Positions 1 through 10,202 of a stretch of 64,000 nt of DNA are shown in pieces. A program made the translations under genes and the position numbers. Position 1 is the first letter of the stretch. Each line of letters begins with the position of its first letter. This stretch comes from Alphaproteobacteria bacterium. GTDB taxonomy: Bacteria > Pseudomonadota > Alphaproteobacteria > UBA828. The stretch covers positions 1,472,001 through 1,536,000 of the forward strand of contig OZ243972.1 in assembly GCA_965214705.1 (NCBI GenBank), in the 5' to 3' direction. The notes beneath the pieces were generated by a model. That model worked only from the letters and a program-made list of their open reading frames with translations. It was not told the origin of the DNA and made no database searches.

Positions 1-133
1 CGAGAGCGCGACGAAGGTGGGCAATCACGACGCGATCGTGCCGAGCATCGAGGGGTGGGCGCGAGTCACCGGGCTCAACACCATCTTCGTGGACGAAGCC
101 GATCCCTTCGCCCACGGTTTCCAGGTGACCTAG
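1..133 (+). CDS. C-terminal end of proline racemase / 4-hydroxyproline epimerase family protein (partial)
   Basis: Frame from base 2 reads ...AIVPSIEGWARVTGLNTIFVDEADPFAHGFQVT*, matching the typical C-terminus of this family; TAG at 131-133. Confidence 0.8.
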   Translation, partial: ESATKVGNHDAIVPSIEGWARVTGLNTIFVDEADPFAHGFQVT

Positions 134-317
134 ACCGGTTCGGCCAAAACATAAGGAAAAGTTATATCAATATAAGCAATCAATATTGGGCGGTATACGC
201 CCAGCCGGGCAGTGTCGGGCCGTTTGGCTGGGTGCCGCAATGGAATGCAGCCCGGCCTTGGCAGATGGAGCATGTCGGTAGAGCGTGGACGACGCGCGTT
301 CGGGGAGACAAGAAAAC

Positions 318-1103
318 ATGACCAGTTCCGCCATTCACAAGCCGTATCCCGCTCTTCGCGCGCGCGCGCATCGCGCGTCCACGCGCGCGGTCAGGCGTTG
401 CCTCGCTCCGGTCTTCGCCGTCCTTCTCATGGGCACCCTCGGACTGGGGTGTGCGGCTTATGGCGATGCGTCGGACGACGTGTCGTCCGACCCGCAGGCA
501 AGCGATCCCGCCGCCGGCGCCTCGGCGACCTATACCGTCACGTACACGGGCACGTGGACCGCGGCTGCCACCCCTGGTGGTCTTCCCGACGGTGCGCACT
601 TCTCGCCGCTGATCGGCGGCGTTCACAATGCCGCCGTGGCGTTCCTGGAGGCTGGCGGCGTCGCCACGCCGGGCATTGAATCCATGGCGGAACGCGGGCG
701 CACCGCCACCTTGACGAAGGAAATCGAAGCAGCCGGGGCGAATGCGCGGAGTGTGCTGCGCAAGGACTCGGGCTCCGGCGCAACGGAGTCCTCGACATTC
801 GAGTCCGTCGTGCTCACCGCCGACCATCCCCGTATCACCCTGCTCTCGATGATCGCGCCGAGCCCGGATTGGTTCGTCGGCGTCTTCGGTCTCTCCCTGC
901 TCGATGCCGAGGGCGGCTGGGTCGAGGCGCTGACGGTGGACCTCCACCCGTACGATGCCGGGACCGAGGAGGGGGAGGAGTTCTCGTTCGACAACCCGGC
1001 CACCGTGCCACAGGGCACCATCGCCAGCCTCCAGGGCACAGGTAGGTTCTCGTCGGACGCGCCGATGGCGACGCTGACCTTCACTCTCCAGTCGGCCGAA
1101 TAG
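318..1103 (+). CDS. Spondin_N domain-containing secreted/lipoprotein
   Basis: YTVTYTGTW, HFSPLIGGVH, SMIAPSPDWFVG and YDAGTE motifs; hydrophobic leader ending LGLGC; start could also be 285. Confidence 0.85.
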   Translation: MTSSAIHKPYPALRARAHRASTRAVRRCLAPVFAVLLMGTLGLGCAAYGDASDDVSSDPQASDPAAGASATYTVTYTGTWTAAATPGGLPDGAHFSPLIGGVHNAAVAFLEAGGVATPGIESMAERGRTATLTKEIEAAGANARSVLRKDSGSGATESSTFESVVLTADHPRITLLSMIAPSPDWFVGVFGLSLLDAEGGWVEALTVDLHPYDAGTEEGEEFSFDNPATVPQGTIASLQGTGRFSSDAPMATLTFTLQSAE

Positions 1104-1104
1104 G

Positions 1105-1563
1105 GTGAGCGGAACCCCCGCAGCGGCAGTCCAGCATAGCGGCGCGACCGCCGCCGAGAATGCGCACAAGCACACCCTAAAGCGCCGCACGCCGCCGCTC
1201 GCCGCCCTGTTGTTCGCGATGGTTCTCGTCGCGGCGACGCTCGTGCAGGGTCCGCGCGCGGCTGCGGAGGAATACAGCGATGCCATGCTCGAAGCCTTCG
1301 CTTCCGCCGCCATCGAGGTCAGCAGAAGGATCGAGGCCTGGCGGCCACTCATCGAAAGCACGGCCGACGAAGACGAGCGCGCAGCCCTGATCGAAGACGC
1401 ACAGGCGGACCTCGCGCGCGCCATCGAAGAAACGGAAGGCATCGACGAGGACGAGTACTACGCCATCTACGAAGCCGCGCGGGAGGACCAGGCGCTGCGC
1501 AATCGAATAAACGAGATCTTCTCCGCCCTCCTGCAGCGCCCGCAAGTCCCTCGCGCCGAGTGA
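1105..1563 (+). CDS. DUF4168-like secreted helical protein
   Basis: Signal peptide, then YSDAMLEAFASA...GIDEDEYYAIYEAAREDQALRNRI pattern; start uncertain. Confidence 0.65.
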   Translation: MSGTPAAAVQHSGATAAENAHKHTLKRRTPPLAALLFAMVLVAATLVQGPRAAAEEYSDAMLEAFASAAIEVSRRIEAWRPLIESTADEDERAALIEDAQADLARAIEETEGIDEDEYYAIYEAAREDQALRNRINEIFSALLQRPQVPRAE

Positions 1564-1588
1564 CCGCCTATCGAGGAACAGAAGGCCG

Positions 1589-2755
1589 ATGAAGATCAGG
1601 AGCATCACGGCACGCTGGGTGCATGTGCCGATCCCCAAGGCGCAGCAGCACAAGAGCGACCTCGGCGTCGCCAACTTCTTCGATGCCACGATCGCGCGGG
1701 TCGAGACCGAGTGCGGCCTCGTGGGCTGGGGCGAGGCGAAGGCGTCGGTCGGCAGCATGGGCAACAACGCGGCGATGGCTGCGCTCATCAACCGCGACCT
1801 GGGCCCGGCGCTGATCGGCGAGGACCCGCGCAACCCGCGTCGGCTGTGGGAGATCGGCTACAACGGCAGCCGTGCCCACTTTGCGCTGACACGCGGCCAG
1901 GCCTTCCCTGCGCTGGACCGCCGTGGCAGCCGGATCAGCGCCATCGGCGCCATTGACATGGCCTGCTGGGATATCCTGGGCCGTTCCCTGGATGTGCCGG
2001 TTTGGCAGCTGCTCGGCGGCAAGTGCCGGGATGCCATGCCGGCCTACGCCTCCGGTGGCTGGGCGCCCGCCGAGGCCATCGGCGCACAACTGGAAGGCTA
2101 CATCGTGCGCGGCGGCTTCGGCGCGGTGAAGATGCGGGTCGGCGCCGGCGACGGCGACGTCATCACCTCCGTGCGCCGGGTTCGGGCCGCGCGCGCCCAT
2201 CTGGGCTGCGATATCCAGATCATGGTGGACTCCCACGGCACGTTTTCGGTCAAGGAGGCGCTCCGCTTTGTGCGGCTCGTCGAGGGCTGCGGCCTCGCCT
2301 GGTTCGAGGAGCCGGTGAATGTCGATGACCGGACCGGCATAGCAACCGTGCGGGCCGCGAGCGACATCCCCATCGCGGCCGGCGAGAGCGAGTTCACCCG
2401 CTTCGATTTCCGCGAACTGCTGGAGCATAAGGCCGTGGACTACTTCCAGCCCGACCTCGCCATCGCGGGCGGCATCACCGAGGCCATGCGGATCGCGGCT
2501 CTGGCCGAGAGCCACGGCGTCAAGCTCGCGCCCCACCTCTGGGGCGGCGCGCTCAACTTCGCCGCCGGGCTTCAGGTGATGGCCGCCTCGCCTGCGGCGG
2601 TCATCGCCGAATATTCTCTCGGCGCCAATCCGCTGCTCCACGATCTCGCCGAGGAGAGTTTTGAGGTGGTGGACGGCATGATCGCCATTCCCGACCGCCC
2701 CGGTCTCGGGGTGACCATCGACGAAGAGTTTCTCGCCGCCCACACGGTCGAATAG
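1589..2755 (+). CDS. Mandelate racemase/muconate lactonizing enzyme family (enolase superfamily)
   Basis: GLVGWGE, AIDMACWDILG, KMR, MVD, WFEEP, AAGE, PHLW and PGLG motifs. Confidence 0.92.
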   Translation: MKIRSITARWVHVPIPKAQQHKSDLGVANFFDATIARVETECGLVGWGEAKASVGSMGNNAAMAALINRDLGPALIGEDPRNPRRLWEIGYNGSRAHFALTRGQAFPALDRRGSRISAIGAIDMACWDILGRSLDVPVWQLLGGKCRDAMPAYASGGWAPAEAIGAQLEGYIVRGGFGAVKMRVGAGDGDVITSVRRVRAARAHLGCDIQIMVDSHGTFSVKEALRFVRLVEGCGLAWFEEPVNVDDRTGIATVRAASDIPIAAGESEFTRFDFRELLEHKAVDYFQPDLAIAGGITEAMRIAALAESHGVKLAPHLWGGALNFAAGLQVMAASPAAVIAEYSLGANPLLHDLAEESFEVVDGMIAIPDRPGLGVTIDEEFLAAHTVE

Positions 2756-2860
2756 TCTGCGCGACATCGTCGTCTTCTGGGATTCGGCGGCCGGGCGGCT
2801 ATGATGCGCGGCCGGCCGCGCCGGGCGCGGTCCCACCCGCCATTCAGGAGAGACGCCGCC

Positions 2861-3250
2861 ATGCCCAACGAGATGTACGAGAAAGGCCTGCAAATCCGGC
2901 GCGAGGTGCTGGGCTCGGAGTACGTGGACCGCGCCATCGGCAGCGCCGACGACTTCAACAAGGAATTCCAGGAGATCCTGACCGAGTACTGCTGGGGCGC
3001 GGTGTGGGGCCGGCCGGGGCTGAGCCGCAAGCAGCGCAGCCTCAACAACATCTGCATGCTCTCTGCGCTGGGCCGCAGTCACGAGCTGGAGCTGCACCTC
3101 AAGGGGGCGCTCACCAACGGTGTGACCGTCGACGAGATCAAGGAGACGCTGATCCAGGTCGCCGTCTACTGCGGCGCGCCGGCGGCAGTCGAGGGCTTCC
3201 GCATCGCGCGTCGCGTCGTCGACGAGCACCGCAAGGCGGAGGCGGGCTGA
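2861..3250 (+). CDS. Carboxymuconolactone decarboxylase family protein
   Basis: GLQIRREVLG, YCWGAVWGRPGL, ELELHLKGAL and YCGAPA motifs; AGGAG RBS upstream. Confidence 0.9.
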   Translation: MPNEMYEKGLQIRREVLGSEYVDRAIGSADDFNKEFQEILTEYCWGAVWGRPGLSRKQRSLNNICMLSALGRSHELELHLKGALTNGVTVDEIKETLIQVAVYCGAPAAVEGFRIARRVVDEHRKAEAG

Positions 3251-4110
3251 TGCCGACTTTAGGTTTCATCGGTCTCGGCAACATGGGCGGCCCCATGGCG
3301 CACAATCTGGCGGCCGCCGGCCATGAGGTGGTGTGCTTCGACACTGCGGGCACGGAAGCGCTGGCACCGCCGGGCGCGCCCACGGCCGCATCCGCGGCGG
3401 AGGTCGCGCAGCGGGCCCGTATCGTCTTCCTCTGCCTGCCCGACGGGCCCGTGGTGCTGCACGTGGCGCGGGAGATCGCCGACTGCCCCGACCGTGCGGT
3501 CAAGATCGTGGTGGACAGCACCACCGCCGGCATGCCGGACGCCCGGGCGGCCCACGACGTGCTGGCCGAGGCCGGCATCCGCTACGCCGATGCGCCGGTG
3601 AGCGGCGGCACGAAGGGCTCCAAGGCCGGCACGCTCGCCATGATGGTCGCCGCACCGGACGATCTCTACGCCGAAATCGAGCCCTACATCCGCCCGATGG
3701 CGGCGAACGCCCGCCATGTCGGCACCGAGCCCGGCCAGGGCATGGCGATGAAGCTGCTCAACAACTTTCTGTCGGCGACGGCGATGGCGGCGACCAGCGA
3801 GGCGGTGGCCTTCGGCGTCTCCCAGGGCCTCGACATGATGACGATTCTGGAGACGGTCAACGTCTCCACCGGGCGCAATACCGCGACCGAGGACAAGTTC
3901 CCCAACCGCATCGCCACCGGCGCCTTCGACGCCGGCTTCGCCACCAAGCTCATGGCCAAGGATCTCCGGCTCTACGAGGCGAGCGTCACGGCCACCGGCT
4001 CGCCGCGCCGCCTTGCCGGGCAGCTCCGCAAAATCTGGGACGGTCTGGAGGCCGCCCGCCCGGATTCCGACTTCACAGAGATCTACCAGTACGTGCGGGA
4101 CGGCCAGTAA
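3250..4110 (+). CDS. NAD(P)-dependent oxidoreductase, 3-hydroxyisobutyrate dehydrogenase family
   Basis: GFIGLGNMGGPMA, DAPVSGG and KLLNN motifs; TGATG overlap with the upstream gene. Confidence 0.92.
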   Translation: MPTLGFIGLGNMGGPMAHNLAAAGHEVVCFDTAGTEALAPPGAPTAASAAEVAQRARIVFLCLPDGPVVLHVAREIADCPDRAVKIVVDSTTAGMPDARAAHDVLAEAGIRYADAPVSGGTKGSKAGTLAMMVAAPDDLYAEIEPYIRPMAANARHVGTEPGQGMAMKLLNNFLSATAMAATSEAVAFGVSQGLDMMTILETVNVSTGRNTATEDKFPNRIATGAFDAGFATKLMAKDLRLYEASVTATGSPRRLAGQLRKIWDGLEAARPDSDFTEIYQYVRDGQ

Positions 4111-4131
4111 CCGCACCGGCCGACCGAACAA

Positions 4132-4246
4132 CCCCCACCTCACCCTGACCCTCTCCGCCCCCAGGGGCGGAGAGGGAACGCAGGCCGCGCCGCCTTCTCT
4201 CCCTCTCCTCCCCGCCGGGGAGGAGAGGGCTGGGGAGAGGAGGGGG
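4132..4246. repeat. REP/RIME-like alphaproteobacterial palindromic repeat
   Basis: Two internal hairpins (ccctctccgccc/gggcggagaggg at 4149-4176; ccctctcctcccc/ggggaggagaggg at 4201-4229) inside outer CCCCACCTCACCC...GGGGAGAGGAGGGGG arms. Confidence 0.75.
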
Positions 4247-4317
4247 ACTGCTTCCGTCCTTCATGTTGGTGGACGGACGACTTGCCGCACTCCGTCGGGG
4301 TGATTAGCCTCAAGCCT

Positions 4318-4611
4318 ATGGAAGACGGGGCGCCGACCCACTACGTGGTTGTCGAAGGGCTGGCGGGCGAGGACTCGACTTGGCGCGTCGTCCGGGCCGA
4401 GGAGCACGCGCGAGGACGCAGGCTCTATGCCTTCGTCGGGACGTGTCAGACCCGCCGCGCGGCGCTTTCCCTTGCTCGTGCGCTCAACGAGAAGCGTGCC
4501 GTCGACGAGGAAACGCTACGGGCCGCGGCCCTGCGAGGACAGGCTCTCGCTCCCGGCCGCGCCGACATCACGCCCGCACCCGACCCCTACAGGCTGAGGC
4601 CTTCCTGCTGA
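4318..4611 (+). CDS. Hypothetical protein
   Basis: Short ORF with plausible composition; no motif recognised. Confidence 0.4.
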   Translation: MEDGAPTHYVVVEGLAGEDSTWRVVRAEEHARGRRLYAFVGTCQTRRAALSLARALNEKRAVDEETLRAAALRGQALAPGRADITPAPDPYRLRPSC

Positions 4612-4745
4612 GACTCTTTGTCGCTCTCGGCAGCCGGCCTACGGCCGGCGCCTCCGCGCAGGCGCCGCATAAGCGGCGGGCCGCGGTCGCGGCCTGTCGC
4701 GGGTCCGTCAGAGACGGACTCGCTCAAAGGTCATCTACTCTTAAA

Positions 4746-6837
4746 CCGAACTTCCGTTAGCATCTGATTGCCGATCTGGCCGGATTTTGCCTGTTTCCGC
4801 CCTTTCTGCGCAGTTTAGCGCCCGGTTTGGCGCGAAATTCCCGAAATGATCGCCGAAACCGCCGCGATTCGGCGCTCCAGCGCTGGATCACGCCGTCCCG
4901 GCGCATCCACCAAAACCTGAATACTAGTCAGTAGATAGTTTTCTCGTTACGATAATTGCTCCGCATTCCCAAGCCTTTCCGATATGATTGCCGCGATTCG
5001 CTAGGCAGATCGATATGCACATCGAAACCACCCGGTCCGGAAACTCCCGCTGCCACCTCCTCAGACAGTCCTACTGGCAGGACGGAAAACCCAAGAAGCG
5101 CACCCTGTGCAACCTCTCCGCCCTCCCGGAACACGCCATCGAAGCCCTCAAACGCGCCCTCAAGCGCGGACCCGCCCTCAATCCCGACAGCGCCGACGTC
5201 GAACTGCGCGCCAGCCGGGCGCACGGCGCCGTCAGCGCCGTTCTCGGCACCCTTCGCGACATCGGCCTCGACCGCGTCATCTTCCACCGGCCCGATCGCC
5301 GCAGGGCCCTCGTCATCGCCATGATCGTCGCCCGCCTGATCCGGCCCGGCGCCAAGCTGCGCGTCGAGCGCGAACTGGGAGCGGCCGGCACAACCACCCT
5401 CGCCGCCCTGCTCGGCGTCGAAGGCGTCAGCGTCGACGAACTCTACGCCGCCATGGACTGGCTGGGCGCGCGACAGGGCGCGATCGAGCGCAAGCTCGCC
5501 CGGCGCCATCTCGGAGAGGACGATCTCGTCCTCTACGACGTGTCCTCGAGCTACATGGAGGGCAACGCCTGCCCCATGGCGAAGCGCGGCTATTCGAGGG
5601 ATCGCCGGGGCGACCGCCCGCAGATCGTCTACGGCCTCCTCTGCACCCGCGATGGCTGTCCGGTCTCGATCGAGGCCTTCGCCGGCAACACCGGCGACCC
5701 GATGACTCTGGCCAGCCAGGTGCGCAAGGTCCGCGACAGCTTCGGCATCCGGCGGGTGGTGTTGGTGGGGGACCGCGGCATGATCGCGCAGACCCGCATC
5801 GACCGCGACCTCGCGCCCAACGGCATCGACTGGATCACGGCGCTGCGCGCATCCTCGATCCGCAAGCTCGTCGACCGGGGGCATGTCACGCCCGGCCTGT
5901 TCGACACCTGGGGCCTCGCGCGGGTGACCACGCCGGACTATCCCGGCGAGAGGCTGATCGTCTGCTACAACCCGGTTCTGGCGGCCGAGCGCAAGCGCAA
6001 CCGCGACGGGCTGCTCAATGCGACCGAGACGGACGCGCGCGATTTCGCCGCGCGCCACGCCGCCGGCGACATCGACCGCGACGAGTTGAACCGTCGGCTG
6101 GGAACCTTGCGCCGCCGCAAGATGGCCAAGCACTTCCGCTTCGAATTCGACGAGGGCAGCGGCACCTTCAGTTGCGAACGCGACCGGGCGTCGATCGACG
6201 CCGAGGCCGCCCTCGACGGTCTCTACGTCATACGCACCAACGTGGACGAGGACGAGATCGAGGACGTCGAGGCGGTCCGCGTCTACAAGAGCCTGTCACG
6301 CGTCGAGCGCGCCTTCCGCTCGCTCAAGACGGTGTCGTTGCGGATCCGCCCGATCTTCCACTGGCGCGACGACCGAGTACGGGCGCATCTTCTGATCTGC
6401 ATGCTGGCTTGGTATGTCGAGTGGCACATGCGCCGCAGGCTGGCGCCGCTGCTGTTCGCCGAGGAGGACGGAGCGCCGCTGTCCGCGAACCCGGTGGCGC
6501 CGCCGGAACGCTCGGAAAAGGCCCGGCGCAAGGACAAGCGCCGAAAGACGGATGATGGACTTGCGGTGTGCGACTTCCGCGATCTCCTCGGCCATCTCGG
6601 CACGCTTGCTGCCACTGAGATCGCCACCGGAACCGACTTCGCCGTGCCCGCCCTGACCAAGCCGACCGAACTGCAGGAAAGGGCGTTCGCATTGCTCGGG
6701 CTGCGGCCCCATCCTGCGCCCGCGCTCACCGAAAAGGGGATGACCACCGCCAAACCTGTCCAGTAATCGTCGCTTCGAAACTCGCCGAAACCCCTGCCGC
6801 ACAACGGTTCTTTGACTATCCCACACTGGAAGTTCGG
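4746..6837 (+). mobile_element. IS1634-family insertion sequence (complete)
   Basis: Perfect 10-bp IR ccgaacttcc (4746-4755 / 6828-6837); 6-bp target duplication cttaaa (4740-4745, 6838-6843). Confidence 0.9.
5015..6766 (+). CDS. IS1634-family transposase
   Basis: YDVSSSY, GYSRD, VGDRGM, VERAFRSLK and IRPIFHW motifs. Confidence 0.93.
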   Translation: MHIETTRSGNSRCHLLRQSYWQDGKPKKRTLCNLSALPEHAIEALKRALKRGPALNPDSADVELRASRAHGAVSAVLGTLRDIGLDRVIFHRPDRRRALVIAMIVARLIRPGAKLRVERELGAAGTTTLAALLGVEGVSVDELYAAMDWLGARQGAIERKLARRHLGEDDLVLYDVSSSYMEGNACPMAKRGYSRDRRGDRPQIVYGLLCTRDGCPVSIEAFAGNTGDPMTLASQVRKVRDSFGIRRVVLVGDRGMIAQTRIDRDLAPNGIDWITALRASSIRKLVDRGHVTPGLFDTWGLARVTTPDYPGERLIVCYNPVLAAERKRNRDGLLNATETDARDFAARHAAGDIDRDELNRRLGTLRRRKMAKHFRFEFDEGSGTFSCERDRASIDAEAALDGLYVIRTNVDEDEIEDVEAVRVYKSLSRVERAFRSLKTVSLRIRPIFHWRDDRVRAHLLICMLAWYVEWHMRRRLAPLLFAEEDGAPLSANPVAPPERSEKARRKDKRRKTDDGLAVCDFRDLLGHLGTLAATEIATGTDFAVPALTKPTELQERAFALLGLRPHPAPALTEKGMTTAKPVQ

Positions 6838-6838
6838 C

Positions 6839-7474
6839 TTAAACGTTACGTTTCCTGATCTCGTCCAGATAGTCGAGCACCCGCTCGGACGAGACGATGT
6901 CGGCGTAGCGGCGTCCGACATCGCGCAGATTGTCCCGGTGCGGCCGCTCGTCGGCGTCGCCGACGCAGTCCTCCGGTACCATGGTGCGGTAGCCGTAAGA
7001 GAAGGAATCGATCACCGACGCACGGATGCAGCCGCTGGTCATGCAGCCCATGACGATGGTCGTGTCCACGCCGTGCTTGGTGAGGAAGGCGGTCACCGGG
7101 GTCTGGAAGAAGATCGAGGGGCCCGACTTGCGCAGGATGTAGTCGTAGTGGGCATCGGAGGTGCGGGGTTCCATCTCGGCGCAGGGGTCGCCCTCGAAAA
7201 AGCTCTCGCGCACGGGCGCGATCTTCCAGTAGGGCATGTCGCCCTCGGAGTGATAGGCGGTGTAGCAGTTGGCGACCGGCACCCGCGCCGCGCGCGCGGC
7301 CTCCAGCACCCGCGCGGTGTTCTCCACGGCGCGATGCACCAGCGGGCAGTTGCCGAGAGGAAATTCCGGCTGGGTGAAGCCGGTCTGGAAATCGACGACG
7401 AGGATACCCGGCCGCTCGCCGAAGCCGATCTCCATCGCGCCGTAGCCGATGTCCTGATAGGTGTCGTCGCTCAT
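6839..7474 (-). CDS. Isochorismatase family hydrolase (N-carbamoylsarcosine amidase/maleamate amidohydrolase-like)
   Basis: LVVDFQ, K-SGPSIFF and GCMTSGCIRASVID catalytic motifs. Confidence 0.9.
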   Translation of the reverse strand: MSDDTYQDIGYGAMEIGFGERPGILVVDFQTGFTQPEFPLGNCPLVHRAVENTARVLEAARAARVPVANCYTAYHSEGDMPYWKIAPVRESFFEGDPCAEMEPRTSDAHYDYILRKSGPSIFFQTPVTAFLTKHGVDTTIVMGCMTSGCIRASVIDSFSYGYRTMVPEDCVGDADERPHRDNLRDVGRRYADIVSSERVLDYLDEIRKRNV

Positions 7475-7500
7475 CGCCTTCCCCTCGCTCCTGCGGCCGC

Positions 7501-8301
7501 TCAGGCGATCGAACCGGCACCGATGCCGTAGGGTGCGGCCCAGTCCAGGCCCTCCAGCGTGCCGTCCTTGGGCCGGTATTCGCAGCCGATCCAGCCGTCG
7601 TATCCCGCCGCATCGAGCATCTCGAATAGGTAGGGATAGTTGATCTCGCCGACGTCGGGCTCGTGGCGGCCGGGCACGCCGGAGACCTGAATGTGAGAGA
7701 TGATCGCGCGATGCTGCGCGAAGCCCGCGGCCAAGCTGCCCTCCATGATCTGGCGGTGATAGAAGTCGTACTGGAGGAGGAGGTACTTGCTCCCCACCGT
7801 CTCGATCACCCGCTGCGCGTGGCCAGCGGTCGACAGCAGATAGCCCGGATTGTCGAACGTGTTCAGCGGCTCGATCAGCGCGCGGATGCCCTCGCGGCCG
7901 AACGCGTCCGCCGCATGGGCGAGGTTCCCGATATAGGTGTCCTCGTAAGCGCGCGCGTCGGCACCTTCCGGCACGATAGCGGCCAGCACATGAACCTGGC
8001 GGCAGCCTAGCGCATCAGCATAGCGGAGCGCGTTGTCGACCGAACGGCGGAAGTCGTCCTGCCTGCCCGGCAACGCGGTAATGCCCCGCTCCCCGGCCTC
8101 CCAGCTCCCCGGCGAGAGATTGAAGAGCGCTTGGCTCAGCCCGTTGTCGTTAAGTCGGGCCGCGATCTCCGCCGGCGGCGCCAAATCGTAGGGAAACAGG
8201 AATTCGACCGCCTGGAAGCCCGCACGCCGCGCCGCCTCGAAGCGGTCGAGAAAGTCGTGCTCCTGGAAGAGGAAGCTGAGATTGGCGGCGAACTTCGGCA
8301 T
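7501..8301 (-). CDS. Hydroxypyruvate isomerase / 2-oxo-tetronate isomerase family
   Basis: MPKFAANLSFLF, IEPLN, YDFYH, PGRHEP and GCEYRP motifs. Confidence 0.92.
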   Translation of the reverse strand: MPKFAANLSFLFQEHDFLDRFEAARRAGFQAVEFLFPYDLAPPAEIAARLNDNGLSQALFNLSPGSWEAGERGITALPGRQDDFRRSVDNALRYADALGCRQVHVLAAIVPEGADARAYEDTYIGNLAHAADAFGREGIRALIEPLNTFDNPGYLLSTAGHAQRVIETVGSKYLLLQYDFYHRQIMEGSLAAGFAQHRAIISHIQVSGVPGRHEPDVGEINYPYLFEMLDAAGYDGWIGCEYRPKDGTLEGLDWAAPYGIGAGSIA

Positions 8302-8340
8302 GGTCCATCCGGCGCCCGACGGCCCCGGCGAGGCTGAGCG

Positions 8341-8553
8341 TCAGAAGCAACCGAGCGCGGCGCCCGCACGCTCGATCCACATGACGAGATAGGAGTCGGT
8401 GACGCTTTGGTAGGCATCGGTGGCGAGCGCGTAGCAGGTGTCCGCGTGCGCTGCGACGAGGCCTGCGCCGAGTACTGCCGCCACCCCGATCAGGAGCCTG
8501 CGGCGTGCGCCACCCCGAAGTCTGCGTCGTTCGACCGTCACTGCCGACATCAC
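8341..8553 (-). CDS. Small hypothetical membrane protein
   Basis: 70-aa ORF with one hydrophobic helix, co-directional with neighbours. Confidence 0.45.
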   Translation of the reverse strand: MMSAVTVERRRLRGGARRRLLIGVAAVLGAGLVAAHADTCYALATDAYQSVTDSYLVMWIERAGAALGCF

Positions 8554-8690
8554 GACGCCATTATGCGTCCCCGCGGCGGCGAATCCTATCCCTCACGCGC
8601 CGGGCAGGGAGCAGCCGTGGTGGGAACTCCGGGTTGATGGGATGATGCGGCGGATGAGTGTCGAACCAGCGCCACGGAAGGGAGCAACGC

Positions 8691-9191
8691 ATGGGCACAC
8701 GCGAGTGGTTGATGAGCGAGCGCAATCTGGCCGACGAGCCGGTCGAGAACCTCGGCGACATGAGCGAGAGCGAGCGGGCCAATCTCGCGCTCCTGGTCAG
8801 ACAATGCCGGGGCTGGTCGAGCCAGAACATCGACGAGGTGGTGGCGGTCATGGCCGAGGACGGGGTCTATCACGACATCACCCTGCCGCCTGCGGTGGGC
8901 CATGACGCGATCCGCAAGTTCGGCGCCGGCTGGCTCGACGCGGTGCCCGACCTCTCGCTCTACATCGAGGCGTTCTGCGTCCAGGGCAATGTTGTCTGCG
9001 ATATGGGCTGGATGAGCGGCACCATCACGAAGGACTACTTCGGCCTGGCGGGCACCGGCCAGCGCTTCGACTGCCAGTTCTCCCAGATCTGCTTCGTCGA
9101 GGACGGCAGGATCAAGTACCTGCGCGGCCTCTGGAACGCGCCCGACATGTACAACCAGGTGGGGTGGGACTTGGCCGGCCTGAAACGCTAG
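8691..9191 (+). CDS. SnoaL-like / ester cyclase (NTF2 fold) protein
   Basis: EDGVYHD, GHDAIR, AVPDL, GT-T---FGLAGTG and EDGRI pattern; GGAG RBS. Confidence 0.8.
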   Translation: MGTREWLMSERNLADEPVENLGDMSESERANLALLVRQCRGWSSQNIDEVVAVMAEDGVYHDITLPPAVGHDAIRKFGAGWLDAVPDLSLYIEAFCVQGNVVCDMGWMSGTITKDYFGLAGTGQRFDCQFSQICFVEDGRIKYLRGLWNAPDMYNQVGWDLAGLKR

Positions 9192-10168
9192 GCGGTTTCT
9201 CCGGTCTGCGCCGCGTCATCCGAGCTGAAGGCGGGGTCCCAGCGGGAGAAATACCAGGAGCCGTCGATCGCGGGATCGAGCGGGTCGCCGTCGCCGCGAT
9301 TGACCCAGGCGTCGTATTTCTCCCGCTCCTCCCGTGCCCACGCCATCATGTCGGGGCGGAAGGCGGGGTCGTCGCCCTTTCGCATCCTGGGCCCGCGGAT
9401 CAGCACGCCCTCGAGCCCCGTGGGATCGCTCGGGCGCTGCCAGCGCACGTCGATTGCCCAGCGCACCTGGTTCGAGCGGTTCCAGAGCCCGCGGTGCGGC
9501 ATGTTCTCGTGGATGAACAGCACCGAGCCCTTGCGCATGGTGCAGGTCACCAGATCGCCGGGCGGCAGGTCGTCTTCGTCGATGTAGAGATACCAGGAGC
9601 GCGGATCGCCGATCACCTTCTCGACCTTGTGGCGGGCGTTGCCGCCAGGCCTGTGGCCGCCGCGCACCACCTGCAGGCAGCCGTTCTCCTCGCCCACGTC
9701 GAGCAGTGGGATCCAGCAGGCGGGCTGCACCGTGCCCTGCCCGTTCGCCGCGAGATAGCCGGAATCCTGGTGCCACGGCACCGTCATCAGCACGTTTTCC
9801 GGCACCTTGGGGCGCACGTTCCAGATCGCCCCGCCCTCGATGTCGGGGCCGATGATCGCGGCCACGATGTCGAGCAGGCGGTCCGACGACCAGAGCGCCG
9901 CGAGCGCCGGCCCCATGGGCGTCGAGATCTGCATGAGACCGGGCGCTTCGTCGTACTCGGCCGCGACCTTGGCCATGCGGGTGAAGAAGCTCTCGTCCGC
10001 ATAGGCGCTCGTGATCCGGCCCGCTTCGAACAGGCGCCCGGCGAGAGAGTCGACGGCCGCGGCGATCTCGTCAATCACCGGCTGGAGGTCGTCGTCCGAC
10101 AACAATCCCTCGACCAAGAGGAACCCGTCGCGCTGGTATAGCGCCAACTGTTCAGCACTGATCGTCAC
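9188..10168 (-). CDS. Phytanoyl-CoA dioxygenase (PhyH) family 2OG-Fe(II) oxygenase
   Basis: YQRDGFL, PWHQD, WIPL, NGCL, H-R---N-S--R motifs. Confidence 0.9.
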   Translation of the reverse strand: MTISAEQLALYQRDGFLLVEGLLSDDDLQPVIDEIAAAVDSLAGRLFEAGRITSAYADESFFTRMAKVAAEYDEAPGLMQISTPMGPALAALWSSDRLLDIVAAIIGPDIEGGAIWNVRPKVPENVLMTVPWHQDSGYLAANGQGTVQPACWIPLLDVGEENGCLQVVRGGHRPGGNARHKVEKVIGDPRSWYLYIDEDDLPPGDLVTCTMRKGSVLFIHENMPHRGLWNRSNQVRWAIDVRWQRPSDPTGLEGVLIRGPRMRKGDDPAFRPDMMAWAREEREKYDAWVNRGDGDPLDPAIDGSWYFSRWDPAFSSDDAAQTGETA

Positions 10169-10202
10169 TTCGCTCCCTCCCGCTCGGCGACGGGCGCCGG
10201 CA